From contig CASEYK010000007.1 in assembly GCA_949292105.1 (NCBI GenBank), forward strand, positions 29,588-93,587: a stretch of DNA of 64,000 bases, written 5' to 3'. Position 1 is the first letter of the stretch. Every line of letters starts with the position of its first letter. Made by a program: the position numbers and the translations under genes. A model generated the notes under the pieces. That model was not told where the DNA came from. It saw nothing but the letters and a program-made list of their open reading frames with translations, and searched no databases. This document shows, piece by piece, positions 17,206-26,470 of the stretch. This stretch comes from an uncultured bacterium (lineage in GTDB: Bacteria > Bacillota_I > Bacilli_A > RFN20 > CAG-826).

Positions 17206-19814
17206 GTCAAAAAATTGTCAGTGTTGACGCTTTTCAAGAAGTTGATCAACTAGTCAAAAAAGCTACTGTTGCTTTAGAAGAATTTCACAAGTTAACTCAA
17301 GAACAAATCGATTACATTGTCGCTAAATGCAGTGTTGCTGGTATCGATAAACACGGCGTGTTAGCTAAAGCCGCCATCGACGAGACCAAAAGAGGTGTTT
17401 TTGAAGATAAAGCAACCAAAAATTTATTCGCTTGCGAATATGTTATCAACAATATGCGCCATTTAAAAACTGTTGGCGTAATCAAAGAAGACCCAGTGAC
17501 CGGCATTACTGAAATCGCTGATCCAATTGGTGTTTTGTGCGGTATCACCCCTGTCACAAATCCAACCTCAACAGTTATTTTTAAATCATTGATTTGTTTA
17601 AAAACGCGCAACCCAATTATTTTTGCTTTCCATCCAAATGCACAACAAAGTTCTAAACTTGCCGCTCAAGTTATGCGCGATACAGCTGTTGCTGCTGGAG
17701 CTCCTAAAGATTGTATTTCTTGGATTGAACATCCATCAATGGATGCCACAACCGCATTGATGAATCATCCAGGCGTTGCCTCAATTTTGGCTACTGGTGG
17801 AAACGCCATGGTTAAAGCTGCTTATAGTTGTGGTAAACCAGCTATGGGTGTTGGTGCTGGCAATGTCCCAGCTTATATCAATAAGAGCGCTAATGTCGAA
17901 CAAGCGGTGAACGATATTGTTTTATCAAAAAGTTTTGACAACGGCATGGTGTGTGCTTCTGAACAATCCGTGATTATCGATCAAGAAATTTATGATGAAG
18001 CCATTGCGTTATTTAAACGTTTTAAAGTTCATTTTGTTTCAGCCAAAGAAAAAGAAATGCTAGAAAAATTCATGTTTGGTGTCGGCTCTAAAGATGAAGT
18101 AGCTAATGCTAAATTAAATCCAAATATCGTTGGTAAACCAGCGACTTGGATTGCTGAACAAGCGGGCTTTAAAGTTCCTAATGATACACAAATTTTAGGC
18201 GCGTTCTGCAAGGAAATTGGTGTAAATGAGCCACTTTCTCGCGAAAAATTATCACCTGTTTTGGCCTTCTATAAATCAAAAGACGAGAAAGAAGGTTTTG
18301 CTCTTGCTGCCGCTGCAGTTAATTTCAATGGTTTAGGACATAGCGCAGCAATTCACTGCAAAGAACAAAAAATGGCTGATGCCTTTGGCGAATGCTGCAA
18401 AGCCATGCGTATTATTTGGAATTCACCTAGTACATTTGGTGGTATTGGTAATGTTTACAACTCATTCTTACCATCCCTTACGCTTGGTTGTGGTAGTTAT
18501 GGTCGTAACTCCATCGGTGGCAATGTCAGCGCTATTAATTTATTGAACATCAAAAAAGTCGGAAAAAGGAGAAATACAATGCAGTGGTTTAAAGTCCCAA
18601 GCAAGATATATTTTGAAAGAAATTCAATCCAGTATTTACAACAATGCCACGATGTGAACAAAGTGTTCATCGTTACTGACCGTTCCATGGTTGATTTAGG
18701 TTTTGTTAATCGCGTTACCGAACAATTGAATATGAGAAGAAACAAAGTTCAAATTCAATTATTCTGCGATGTTGAACCAGATCCAGATATTGAAACAGTT
18801 CGTCGCGGTGTCGCTTTAATGGATGCTTTCCAACCTGATACAATTATTGCTCTCGGCGGTGGTTCACCAATGGATGCCGCTAAAGGTATGTGGTTGTTCT
18901 ATGAGCATCCTGAAGTTAATTTCGATGATTTAAAACAAAAATTCATGGATATTCGTAAGAGAGCTTTCCGCTATCCAGAGCTTGGTAAAAAATCAAAATT
19001 GATTTGTATTCCAACTACATCTGGTACTGGTAGTGAAGTTACTCCATTTGCTGTTATTTCCGATAAAAAGAACAATAAAAAATATCCTCTAACAGATTAT
19101 TCATTAACTCCGACAATCGCCATTGTCGATGCTGAATTTACAACTTTCCTTCCAGCTGTTCCAACCGCTCAAACAGGAATGGATGTTTTAACCCATGCAA
19201 TTGAGGCCTATACCTCTGTCTTAGCCAATGACTTTACCGACGGTTTGGCTCTTCAAGCTATTCAATTAGTTTTCAAGTATTTGCCTCGCGCAGTGAAAAA
19301 CGGCCGCAATGATCTTGAGGCTCGTGAAAAAATGCATAATGCCGCAACCATTGCTGGTATGGCATTTGCTAATGCATTCTTAGGTATGACTCACTCCTTA
19401 GCTCATAAAGTTGGCGCTTATTTCCATACCATTCATGGTCATACTTGCGGCATTCTGTTACCATATGTTATTCGTTACAATGGCGAAACCCCAACCAAAT
19501 TAAGCGTGTGGCCAAAATATAATTGCTACTGCGCTGACAAGAAATATCAAACTATTGCTAGCCTCCTTGGTTTGCCTGCGTCAACACCAGAAGAAGGCGT
19601 AGAATCATTGGCAAAAGCAGTTCGTGCTTTAGGCGAAGAAATCAATTTACCAATGAACTTTGCCTCTTACGGAATTGATGAAGCTGAATGGAATGCTAAA
19701 GTGGAAGAAATGGCGGTCGCGGCTTATGAAGATCAATGCTCGCCAGCCAATCCTCGCGTTCCTCTCGTTGCTGACATGGTTACTATTTTGAAAAAAGCTT
19801 ATAAAGGTGAATAA
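17202..19814 (+). CDS. adhE: Bifunctional acetaldehyde-CoA/alcohol dehydrogenase
   Basis: 870 aa. N-terminal ALDH domain (catalytic-Cys region DNGMVCASEQS) plus a C-terminal Fe-ADH domain (GGGSPMDAAK; HxxxH histidines). Confidence 0.95.
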   Translation: MSQKIVSVDAFQEVDQLVKKATVALEEFHKLTQEQIDYIVAKCSVAGIDKHGVLAKAAIDETKRGVFEDKATKNLFACEYVINNMRHLKTVGVIKEDPVTGITEIADPIGVLCGITPVTNPTSTVIFKSLICLKTRNPIIFAFHPNAQQSSKLAAQVMRDTAVAAGAPKDCISWIEHPSMDATTALMNHPGVASILATGGNAMVKAAYSCGKPAMGVGAGNVPAYINKSANVEQAVNDIVLSKSFDNGMVCASEQSVIIDQEIYDEAIALFKRFKVHFVSAKEKEMLEKFMFGVGSKDEVANAKLNPNIVGKPATWIAEQAGFKVPNDTQILGAFCKEIGVNEPLSREKLSPVLAFYKSKDEKEGFALAAAAVNFNGLGHSAAIHCKEQKMADAFGECCKAMRIIWNSPSTFGGIGNVYNSFLPSLTLGCGSYGRNSIGGNVSAINLLNIKKVGKRRNTMQWFKVPSKIYFERNSIQYLQQCHDVNKVFIVTDRSMVDLGFVNRVTEQLNMRRNKVQIQLFCDVEPDPDIETVRRGVALMDAFQPDTIIALGGGSPMDAAKGMWLFYEHPEVNFDDLKQKFMDIRKRAFRYPELGKKSKLICIPTTSGTGSEVTPFAVISDKKNNKKYPLTDYSLTPTIAIVDAEFTTFLPAVPTAQTGMDVLTHAIEAYTSVLANDFTDGLALQAIQLVFKYLPRAVKNGRNDLEAREKMHNAATIAGMAFANAFLGMTHSLAHKVGAYFHTIHGHTCGILLPYVIRYNGETPTKLSVWPKYNCYCADKKYQTIASLLGLPASTPEEGVESLAKAVRALGEEINLPMNFASYGIDEAEWNAKVEEMAVAAYEDQCSPANPRVPLVADMVTILKKAYKGE

Positions 19815-19836
19815 TTAGGTTTTTCAATTTACAAAT

Positions 19837-19863
19837 AAAACGGAGTATCACTCCGTTTTTTTA
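19837..19863 (+). terminator. Rho-independent terminator after adhE
   Basis: ACGGAGT-ATC-ACTCCGT hairpin (19840-19856) followed by a T-run. Confidence 0.8.
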
Positions 19864-19919
19864 TTTGCTTGTTGTCTATTGCTAGTTTGATAAGTAAAAA
19901 AAATATAGAATATATTTGC

Positions 19920-20771
19920 ATGAGAAAAATTGAAAATATCACCGCTGACCAAGAGAGGTTTGGCTATCGCCTTAGCGATTGTTTTATTAACAATGCTCGA
20001 ATTGAAGGTTTAGCCGATGGAGAAAGCGCTTTTAAAGAATGTCAAAATCTCGAAGTGTTTCATTCAACTTTTGCGTTGCGTTATCCCTTTTGGCATGGTT
20101 CATCTTTAAAAATACACGAGTGTTTATTTTATTCTACTTGTCGTGGGCCTTTTTGGTATAGCAATGCGATTAAAATTCAAAATTGCGACTTATCTTCTGA
20201 TAAAGCCTTTAGAGAATGTCAAGACATTAATATAGCCAATTGTAGGTTTAATTCAGATGAATGTTTTTGGAAGAGCAAAAATATACAAATGATTAATTCC
20301 ATTTTTAGCGGAGAGTATGGTTTTTTTCAAAGTGAAAGCATTGATATAACCAATCTTACTTTTTCCGGGAAATATTCTTTCCAATATATTAAAAATGGCC
20401 TTATTAAAAATTCCAAACTAGAAACGAAGGATGCTTTGTGGCACAGCGACAATGTCATTGTTATTGAATGCGAGTTAAATGGTGAATATTTAGGGTGGTA
20501 TTCTACTAATTTGACATTGATTAGGTGCAAAATTATGAGTAAGCAACCTCTATGTCACTGTAAAAACTTAAAACTTATTGAATGTACATTTCTCAATAGT
20601 GATCTCGCTTTTGAAAATAGTGAAGTCAATGGCGATATATCCGCGCATAATTTTACAATTTATAATCCGCGATGCGGAAAACTCATATGTAGTGGTGAAT
20701 ATCAAATTATTGAAGATGAATTTACCGATAAAACTTCGTCTTTATTTACTGTTGAAAATAAACTTTTATGA
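19920..20771 (+). CDS. Cys-rich parallel beta-helix-repeat protein of unknown function
   Basis: About 20-aa periodic repeats with an (I/L)xNCxF-type turn: IQNCDL, IANCRF, MINSIF, ITNLTF, IKNSKL, VIECEL, LIRCKI, LIECTF. The start is uncertain (ATG 19920 or TTG 19869), and no clear RBS is seen. Confidence 0.5.
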   Translation: MRKIENITADQERFGYRLSDCFINNARIEGLADGESAFKECQNLEVFHSTFALRYPFWHGSSLKIHECLFYSTCRGPFWYSNAIKIQNCDLSSDKAFRECQDINIANCRFNSDECFWKSKNIQMINSIFSGEYGFFQSESIDITNLTFSGKYSFQYIKNGLIKNSKLETKDALWHSDNVIVIECELNGEYLGWYSTNLTLIRCKIMSKQPLCHCKNLKLIECTFLNSDLAFENSEVNGDISAHNFTIYNPRCGKLICSGEYQIIEDEFTDKTSSLFTVENKLL

Positions 20772-20821
20772 TATTCAATATACTTTGTGTATAATATACA
20801 CGATTAAGAGAGGTTAAAAAA

Positions 20822-22159
20822 ATGGAACCAAAAAGAATTAGAGAAATTTGTAAAGAAAGAAATGTCCAATATATCCGCTTACAGTTCTGCGATATGCTCG
20901 GATCGATTAAGGCGGTTGAAATACCTGTTTCAAAATTAGATGAAGCATTAAATAATGAAATTTGTTTTGATGGTTCTTCTGTTGAGGGATTTGTTCGAAT
21001 TAAAGAAGCTGATATGGTTCTTCATCCAGATTTAGACACTTTTATGGTTCTAACTTTTGAAAATAGTGCATACGGAAATGTCGCACGATTTATTTGTGAT
21101 ATTTATCGTCCTGATGGCCATCCGTTTGAGGGTGATCCTCGATACATATTAAAAAAACAAATTGCTAGATTTAAAGAACATGGTATCTATTCTGTCAATG
21201 TTGGCTTTGAACCAGAATTTTATCTTTTCAAATTAGATGAAAAAGGTGATCCTACATTAGAGTTTTCAGACCGTGCTTCATATTTTGATTTGACTCCACT
21301 CGATGGAGCAGAATATGTTCGACGCGATATTTCGCTTGAACTAGAGTCATTAGGTTTTACGGTTCAGACTAGCCATCATGAAGTCGGTCCTGGCCAAAAT
21401 GAAATCAATTATCGATATGATGATGTTTTAAAGACTTGTGATCGCGTGCAGACATTTAAACAAGTTGTAAAAGTTATCGCTCGTAAACATGGCTATTTAG
21501 CGACATTTATGCCTAAACCAATTCTTGGCCAAGCAGGTAGTGGGATGCACACCAATTGTTCGATTCAAGACGAGCACGGCAATAACTTATTTTACGACGA
21601 AAAAGATTCACTAGGCTTATCTTTATTATGCCGAAAGTGGATTAGCGGTATTCTTAAATACGCTCGTGAGCTTTCTCTTCTCACCAATCCAGTTGTTAAT
21701 TCATACAAGCGATTAGTGAGCGGATATGAAGCGCCAGTTTATGCTTGCTGGAGTGATTCTAATCGAAGTGCAATGATTCGCATCCCTTCTGCTAAAGGGG
21801 CAGCGACGAGAACAGAAGTTCGAAATGTTGATCCATGCGCCAATCCTTATCTAGCGTTAGCGGGTATCATGGCTGCTGGGTTAGATGGTATTTTGAACAT
21901 TAAAGACGAAAAAGAATTAATCCCCCCTGTCTATGACAACATCTTTGCTCTTACTGGCGAAGAAATCGAAAAAATGGGTATCATTCATATGCCTGAAACA
22001 CTCCATGAAGCTTTACTTGAATTTAGAAAATCATCGCTTCTCAAAGAGACACTGGGTGAACATACCTATGGCAAGTATCTGCACGCAAAAGTATGCGAGT
22101 GGCGTTCCTATCACAATTCTATTTCGGAATGGGAATTAGAACATTATCTAAACAACTAA
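20822..22159 (+). CDS. glnA: Glutamine synthetase type I
   Basis: 445 aa, with full-length similarity by eye to Firmicute GlnA (for example NEINYRYDD and GSGMHTNCS blocks). GAGAGG RBS. Confidence 0.95.
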   Translation: MEPKRIREICKERNVQYIRLQFCDMLGSIKAVEIPVSKLDEALNNEICFDGSSVEGFVRIKEADMVLHPDLDTFMVLTFENSAYGNVARFICDIYRPDGHPFEGDPRYILKKQIARFKEHGIYSVNVGFEPEFYLFKLDEKGDPTLEFSDRASYFDLTPLDGAEYVRRDISLELESLGFTVQTSHHEVGPGQNEINYRYDDVLKTCDRVQTFKQVVKVIARKHGYLATFMPKPILGQAGSGMHTNCSIQDEHGNNLFYDEKDSLGLSLLCRKWISGILKYARELSLLTNPVVNSYKRLVSGYEAPVYACWSDSNRSAMIRIPSAKGAATRTEVRNVDPCANPYLALAGIMAAGLDGILNIKDEKELIPPVYDNIFALTGEEIEKMGIIHMPETLHEALLEFRKSSLLKETLGEHTYGKYLHAKVCEWRSYHNSISEWELEHYLNN

Positions 22160-22174
22160 GGAGATAGAGATAAA

Positions 22175-23956
22175 ATGTGTGGCATTGTCGGTTCAATCGG
22201 ATTTAAAAATACAAAAAGTTTTATCATTGATGGTTTAAAAGACTTAGATTATCGAGGCTATGATTCAGCTGGTTTAGCTTTTTCTTTTGGAAAAAGAATA
22301 AATATATATAAAGCCGTTGGTTCGGTATCAAATTTGGAGGCTATTATTCCTGAATTGTCTTTGAATCCTTACATGGGTGTTGGACATACTCGTTGGGCAA
22401 CACACGGCAAACCAACTGAAATCAATTGCCATCCACATCAATCGATGCATGGTTTATTTACAATCGTTTGTAATGGAGTAGTAGAAAACTATCTACAACT
22501 CAAACAGCAACTTCAGTCTAAAGGGTTCAAATTTGTTAGTGACACCGATACTGAAGTTATTTCTAACCTGTTGGAAGATCGCTACTTCGAGACAAGAAAT
22601 ATTATGCGTTCCATCGAAGAAACAATGGCGGTACTCACTGGTTCATTTGCAGTTGTTTTTATTGCCGATATGGATCCCAAGCACCTTTATTTTATGAAGC
22701 GACACTCGCCTTTAATGATTGGTCGTGGTGATCATTTTTCTCTCGTTGCTAGCGACGCTTCGCCCATGGTTAGATATACTGATAAATACATTGATCTCGA
22801 AGATGATTCTTATGGCTTTATTTCAAATGATGATGTTGAAATTTTTAAAAACGGCGAAAAAATTCCTTTTCAATTTACAAAAAAATCTCCTGATATTACC
22901 GTCAAAGATTTAAATGGATATCCTCATTACATGCTCAAAGAAATCGAAGAAATTGAGCGTGTCATTCGACGCCTAATGGTTGAATATTATGACAAAGGTG
23001 AATTTTTATTTGATCACGAATTGATGAGAGCTCTTACGGAATCAGATCATATCGTTTTTGTGGCGTGCGGTACTTCTTACCACGCCTCGTTGGTTGGAGC
23101 CCGTTATTTTGATATTCTTGGCAAATCAACTTCGACACACATTGCTTCAGAATTTGCCTATTATCCTCAATTTCCAGGTCGCAAACCATTCTTTATTTTT
23201 CTTTCACAGTCAGGAGAGACAGCTGATGTCATTCACTGTATGACCACTGTTAAAGAACACAATATCCCTTGTTTGGTTTTAACAAATAAAAAGGGCTCAA
23301 CTCTTGAGAGAGGATGCGATTTTTCACTTTTACTTCACGCAGGGCTTGAAGTCAGTGTTGCTTCTACAAAAGCTTATGCGGCTGAAGTGGCTCTTTTAGC
23401 CCTTCTAGCCAATGCTTATTCAAATCGCAAAGAAGTGATTAGAGATTTAGAAGAGTGCTGTGGAGTTATCGCTGACATTGATCAGAATTTGAAAGGTAAA
23501 GTCCACGAAATTGCTGAAGAGTTAAAACATTCGAAGGATATTTACTTTTTAGGTCGAGGATTTGACTACGACATGTCGCTTGAAGCCTCATTAAAACTAA
23601 AAGAGATTACTTACATTCATAGCGAAGCAGTGGCGGGTGGAGAATTGAAACATGGTCCAATCGCTCTTATTTCTCAAGATACGCCTGTCATTGTCACTAT
23701 TTCTGATAATGTTACCGCTTTATCGATGCGCGCTAACATACAAGAAGTGAAAGCTCGAGGAGCTAAAGTCTTTACCTTTGTTACTGAACCCCTTGCTAAC
23801 GATACTGATACCATTGTTGTTAAAAATCATAAACGATATTTATCGCCAGTGGTTATGTCTTCACTCGCCTTTTATTTCGCTTATTATGTTGCGGTATTGA
23901 ATGACCGCAATGTCGATAAACCGCGCAATTTAGCTAAATCAGTTACTGTTGAGTAA
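22175..23956 (+). CDS. glmS: Glutamine--fructose-6-phosphate aminotransferase
   Basis: N-terminal MCGIVG nucleophile, two SIS domains and a C-terminal ...VTVE. AAGGAG RBS inside the 15-nt gap after glnA. Confidence 0.95.
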   Translation: MCGIVGSIGFKNTKSFIIDGLKDLDYRGYDSAGLAFSFGKRINIYKAVGSVSNLEAIIPELSLNPYMGVGHTRWATHGKPTEINCHPHQSMHGLFTIVCNGVVENYLQLKQQLQSKGFKFVSDTDTEVISNLLEDRYFETRNIMRSIEETMAVLTGSFAVVFIADMDPKHLYFMKRHSPLMIGRGDHFSLVASDASPMVRYTDKYIDLEDDSYGFISNDDVEIFKNGEKIPFQFTKKSPDITVKDLNGYPHYMLKEIEEIERVIRRLMVEYYDKGEFLFDHELMRALTESDHIVFVACGTSYHASLVGARYFDILGKSTSTHIASEFAYYPQFPGRKPFFIFLSQSGETADVIHCMTTVKEHNIPCLVLTNKKGSTLERGCDFSLLLHAGLEVSVASTKAYAAEVALLALLANAYSNRKEVIRDLEECCGVIADIDQNLKGKVHEIAEELKHSKDIYFLGRGFDYDMSLEASLKLKEITYIHSEAVAGGELKHGPIALISQDTPVIVTISDNVTALSMRANIQEVKARGAKVFTFVTEPLANDTDTIVVKNHKRYLSPVVMSSLAFYFAYYVAVLNDRNVDKPRNLAKSVTVE

Positions 23957-23963
23957 ATAAATT

Positions 23964-24488
23964 ATGATTGGTGCCAAACTTGATCGAATAGAACTATCTA
24001 ATTACGACCCTTCTTGGATAAAAAAATTCAACGAAGAAGTTACACAACTTAAAGTTTTATTGAAAGGTTTTTCTTATTCTTTTGAGCATATTGGTTCAAC
24101 TTCTATTCCCGGTTGTGTTGCTCGCCCGTCGATTGATATTCTCATTATGGTCGATTCTATTAACGATATTGTTAGCGTTAAAAATCGGCTACTTCACAGA
24201 AGTGGAATCGTTTATATTCCTAAAGAAAGCGGCGTTAATTTTCTCAAATTAGGCAAAACAGATTATAATAAGCTTTATTATAATTATTATGTTGTTGGGA
24301 AATCATCCAAAGCTGCTCATTCATTTTTACTTTTTAAGTACTATTTGATGCATAATCCAAACGAAGTGCGGAATTACAGCGCGATAAAAGTTGATTTAAA
24401 AAACAAATATGAAGAAAAACCTCATCTTTATCAAAAAATGAAATTAAAATATATTTATGAACTGCTTGAACAAATCAAAAATCTCTAG
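23964..24488 (+). CDS. GrpB-family (UPF0157, nucleotidyltransferase-fold) protein
   Basis: 174 aa with the hallmark EHIGSTSIPG motif. Starts 7 nt after the glmS stop. Confidence 0.8.
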   Translation: MIGAKLDRIELSNYDPSWIKKFNEEVTQLKVLLKGFSYSFEHIGSTSIPGCVARPSIDILIMVDSINDIVSVKNRLLHRSGIVYIPKESGVNFLKLGKTDYNKLYYNYYVVGKSSKAAHSFLLFKYYLMHNPNEVRNYSAIKVDLKNKYEEKPHLYQKMKLKYIYELLEQIKNL

Positions 24489-25371
24489 ACCTATTCGAGG
24501 CTTATTTATCACCAATCAAGAGATAGGACACAACGCATATAAAATTAAAAGACTCGAAGAAGAATTTACTAAGGCGGGTGTAATAACCAAAACCATCGTT
24601 AACGATGGTACACTTTGCTCGATTGTGAATAATAAAATCTATTTTCATCTGCCTAAGGCGGATTTTATTATTTATTTGGATAAAGACAAATATTTATCGA
24701 CACTTCTCGCTGATACTCATTACTATATTTTAAACCGCCCTGATTTTCTTAAACTCTGCGATGATAAGATGATGAGTTATACACAGTTAGTAAACCACAA
24801 CATCCCCATCGTTGATACAATCCCTGCTCCTCTTGTCTACCATAAAATCGTTGATGCTGATACCCCTTTTTTAGAAACTATTGCCAGTCGGCTTGGCCTT
24901 CCTCTAGTTGTTAAAAAAGTATATGGTTCATTAGGAGAAGGCGTGTTTCTTGCAAATAACATTGCTGAACTAAAAAAGATATATAGTGATTTATATCGCT
25001 TCCCGCTTGTCTTTCAAAAATATATTCATTCTTCAAAAGGTGTTTCTTTAAGGGTGCTTGTTATCAATCGACAAATTGTTGGTGCGATTAAAAGAATCAA
25101 TGACACTGATTTTCGCAGTAACGCCATTAACTCGAGGAGCGAATTATATTCACTCAAAACAAATGAAAAAAAGATTATAAAAAAAATAATTAAGCTTTTT
25201 CAAATTGACTATGCTGGATTAGATTTTGCGTTCGATGAAGATGGTTCGATTCGACTTTTAGAAATGAATTCCAATGCTTTTTTCGAACAATTTGAAAAAA
25301 CAACAGGTATTAATGTTGCTTCTTTAATCGTTAAAATGGTGTTAAAAAAGGTTACAAATCATGAAAAATAG
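24457..25371 (+). CDS. RimK-like ATP-grasp ligase
   Basis: ATP-grasp blocks LPLVVKKVYGSLGEGVFL, FQKYI...SLRVLVINRQIVGAIKR, DFRSN and YAGLDFAFDEDGSIRLLEMNSNA. The only canonical start (ATG 24457) overlaps grpB by 32 nt. Confidence 0.8.
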   Translation: MNCLNKSKISRPIRGLFITNQEIGHNAYKIKRLEEEFTKAGVITKTIVNDGTLCSIVNNKIYFHLPKADFIIYLDKDKYLSTLLADTHYYILNRPDFLKLCDDKMMSYTQLVNHNIPIVDTIPAPLVYHKIVDADTPFLETIASRLGLPLVVKKVYGSLGEGVFLANNIAELKKIYSDLYRFPLVFQKYIHSSKGVSLRVLVINRQIVGAIKRINDTDFRSNAINSRSELYSLKTNEKKIIKKIIKLFQIDYAGLDFAFDEDGSIRLLEMNSNAFFEQFEKTTGINVASLIVKMVLKKVTNHEK

Positions 25372-26470
25372 TCGCTTTTTGAAGATTTTTTCAATAAATA
25401 TCCCTCTTTTTGCATTGCTCTTGTCTTGTTCTAATAATGTTAATTCTCCTGATTTAAAAGACTATGTTTCTTCAATTGATATATCTGAATCATTTAACAT
25501 TTTAAACTTTAACGATATTCATCTGTCCACTGTTTCGGACTTAGATGAGCAGTGTATCTATATCGAGAGGCTTATCGCTTCTCCTCGCTCTTTAAATTTA
25601 CTTTCCAATGAAAAGAGTAATGTTGATCTTATCGTTCTTAATGGTGATACCTTCTTGGGGGCTGACCAAACAGTTGTTTCACGCTTTCTTGAATTCATCG
25701 ATTCTTTTGAAATTCCTTTTGCCTATACATATGGCAATCATGACTTTGAGGGTTTATATAATTCCTCCTTCATCGAAGAAGTTTTAAATAATTGTCATTA
25801 CTCAATGCTTCTTAATCCTAAAGATGATGTATATGGTAATTCAAATTATGTTATCAATTTAACGAGTGGTGAACAAATTAGATGGCAATTATATTTTTTT
25901 GATTCCAACTCTTATTATCTCGGCGGATATGATGTTATTCACGATGATCAAATTGAATGGTATAAACAGCAAATTAGACTAGCAAATAACTTAGGTCCTG
26001 AAATAGATGGAAGTCGAGATGACTTAATACCATCTCTAGCCTTTTTTCATATTCCCTTTGAGGAATTTGAAGAAGCTTGGGCGAATCAAGACAAACAACT
26101 TTATGGCGTTGATGGAGAAAATTATTGGTATATGGGTGATGGCAAAGTTGCTCATGGATATAAAGATAACGATTTGTTTGAAACCATGTCTAATTTTCGC
26201 AGTACGCGAGCCGTTATTTGTGCACATGATCATATGAATCTTGCCAACTTCCTTCACTGTGATGAGGATTCAACTTTTCCAATCAACTTGATTTATGGGA
26301 TGAAAACAGGCGATGAGTTGTATCACCATTCTGATTTGATGGGAGCGACGCTTTTGACGTTAGATGGAGCAAGTTCAAACTTTGATGTAAAGTTTATTCG
26401 CGCGAACTATGAAGGCGAAGTCGGAATTATTGATATCAATTCATTTAAGACAGGTATTTTCCATGAATAA
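25361..26470 (+). CDS. Lipoprotein calcineurin-like metallophosphoesterase
   Basis: Lipobox ALLLSC. MPE motifs FNDIH, NGDTF, GNHD, FFHIP and CAHDH. Overlaps the ATP-grasp gene by 11 nt. Confidence 0.75.
   Translation: MKNSRFLKIFSINIPLFALLLSCSNNVNSPDLKDYVSSIDISESFNILNFNDIHLSTVSDLDEQCIYIERLIASPRSLNLLSNEKSNVDLIVLNGDTFLGADQTVVSRFLEFIDSFEIPFAYTYGNHDFEGLYNSSFIEEVLNNCHYSMLLNPKDDVYGNSNYVINLTSGEQIRWQLYFFDSNSYYLGGYDVIHDDQIEWYKQQIRLANNLGPEIDGSRDDLIPSLAFFHIPFEEFEEAWANQDKQLYGVDGENYWYMGDGKVAHGYKDNDLFETMSNFRSTRAVICAHDHMNLANFLHCDEDSTFPINLIYGMKTGDELYHHSDLMGATLLTLDGASSNFDVKFIRANYEGEVGIIDINSFKTGIFHE

Noticed and set aside
20787-20801. TnrA/GlnR operator at the glnA promoter
   Set aside because: The palindrome has TGTAT-N3-ATACA spacing, not TGTNA-N7-TNACA. 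It is kept only as an unassigned candidate operator.
22160-22174. Expected glmS ribozyme upstream of glmS
   Set aside because: Only 15 nt separate glnA and glmS, which is physically too short for the roughly 170-nt ribozyme.
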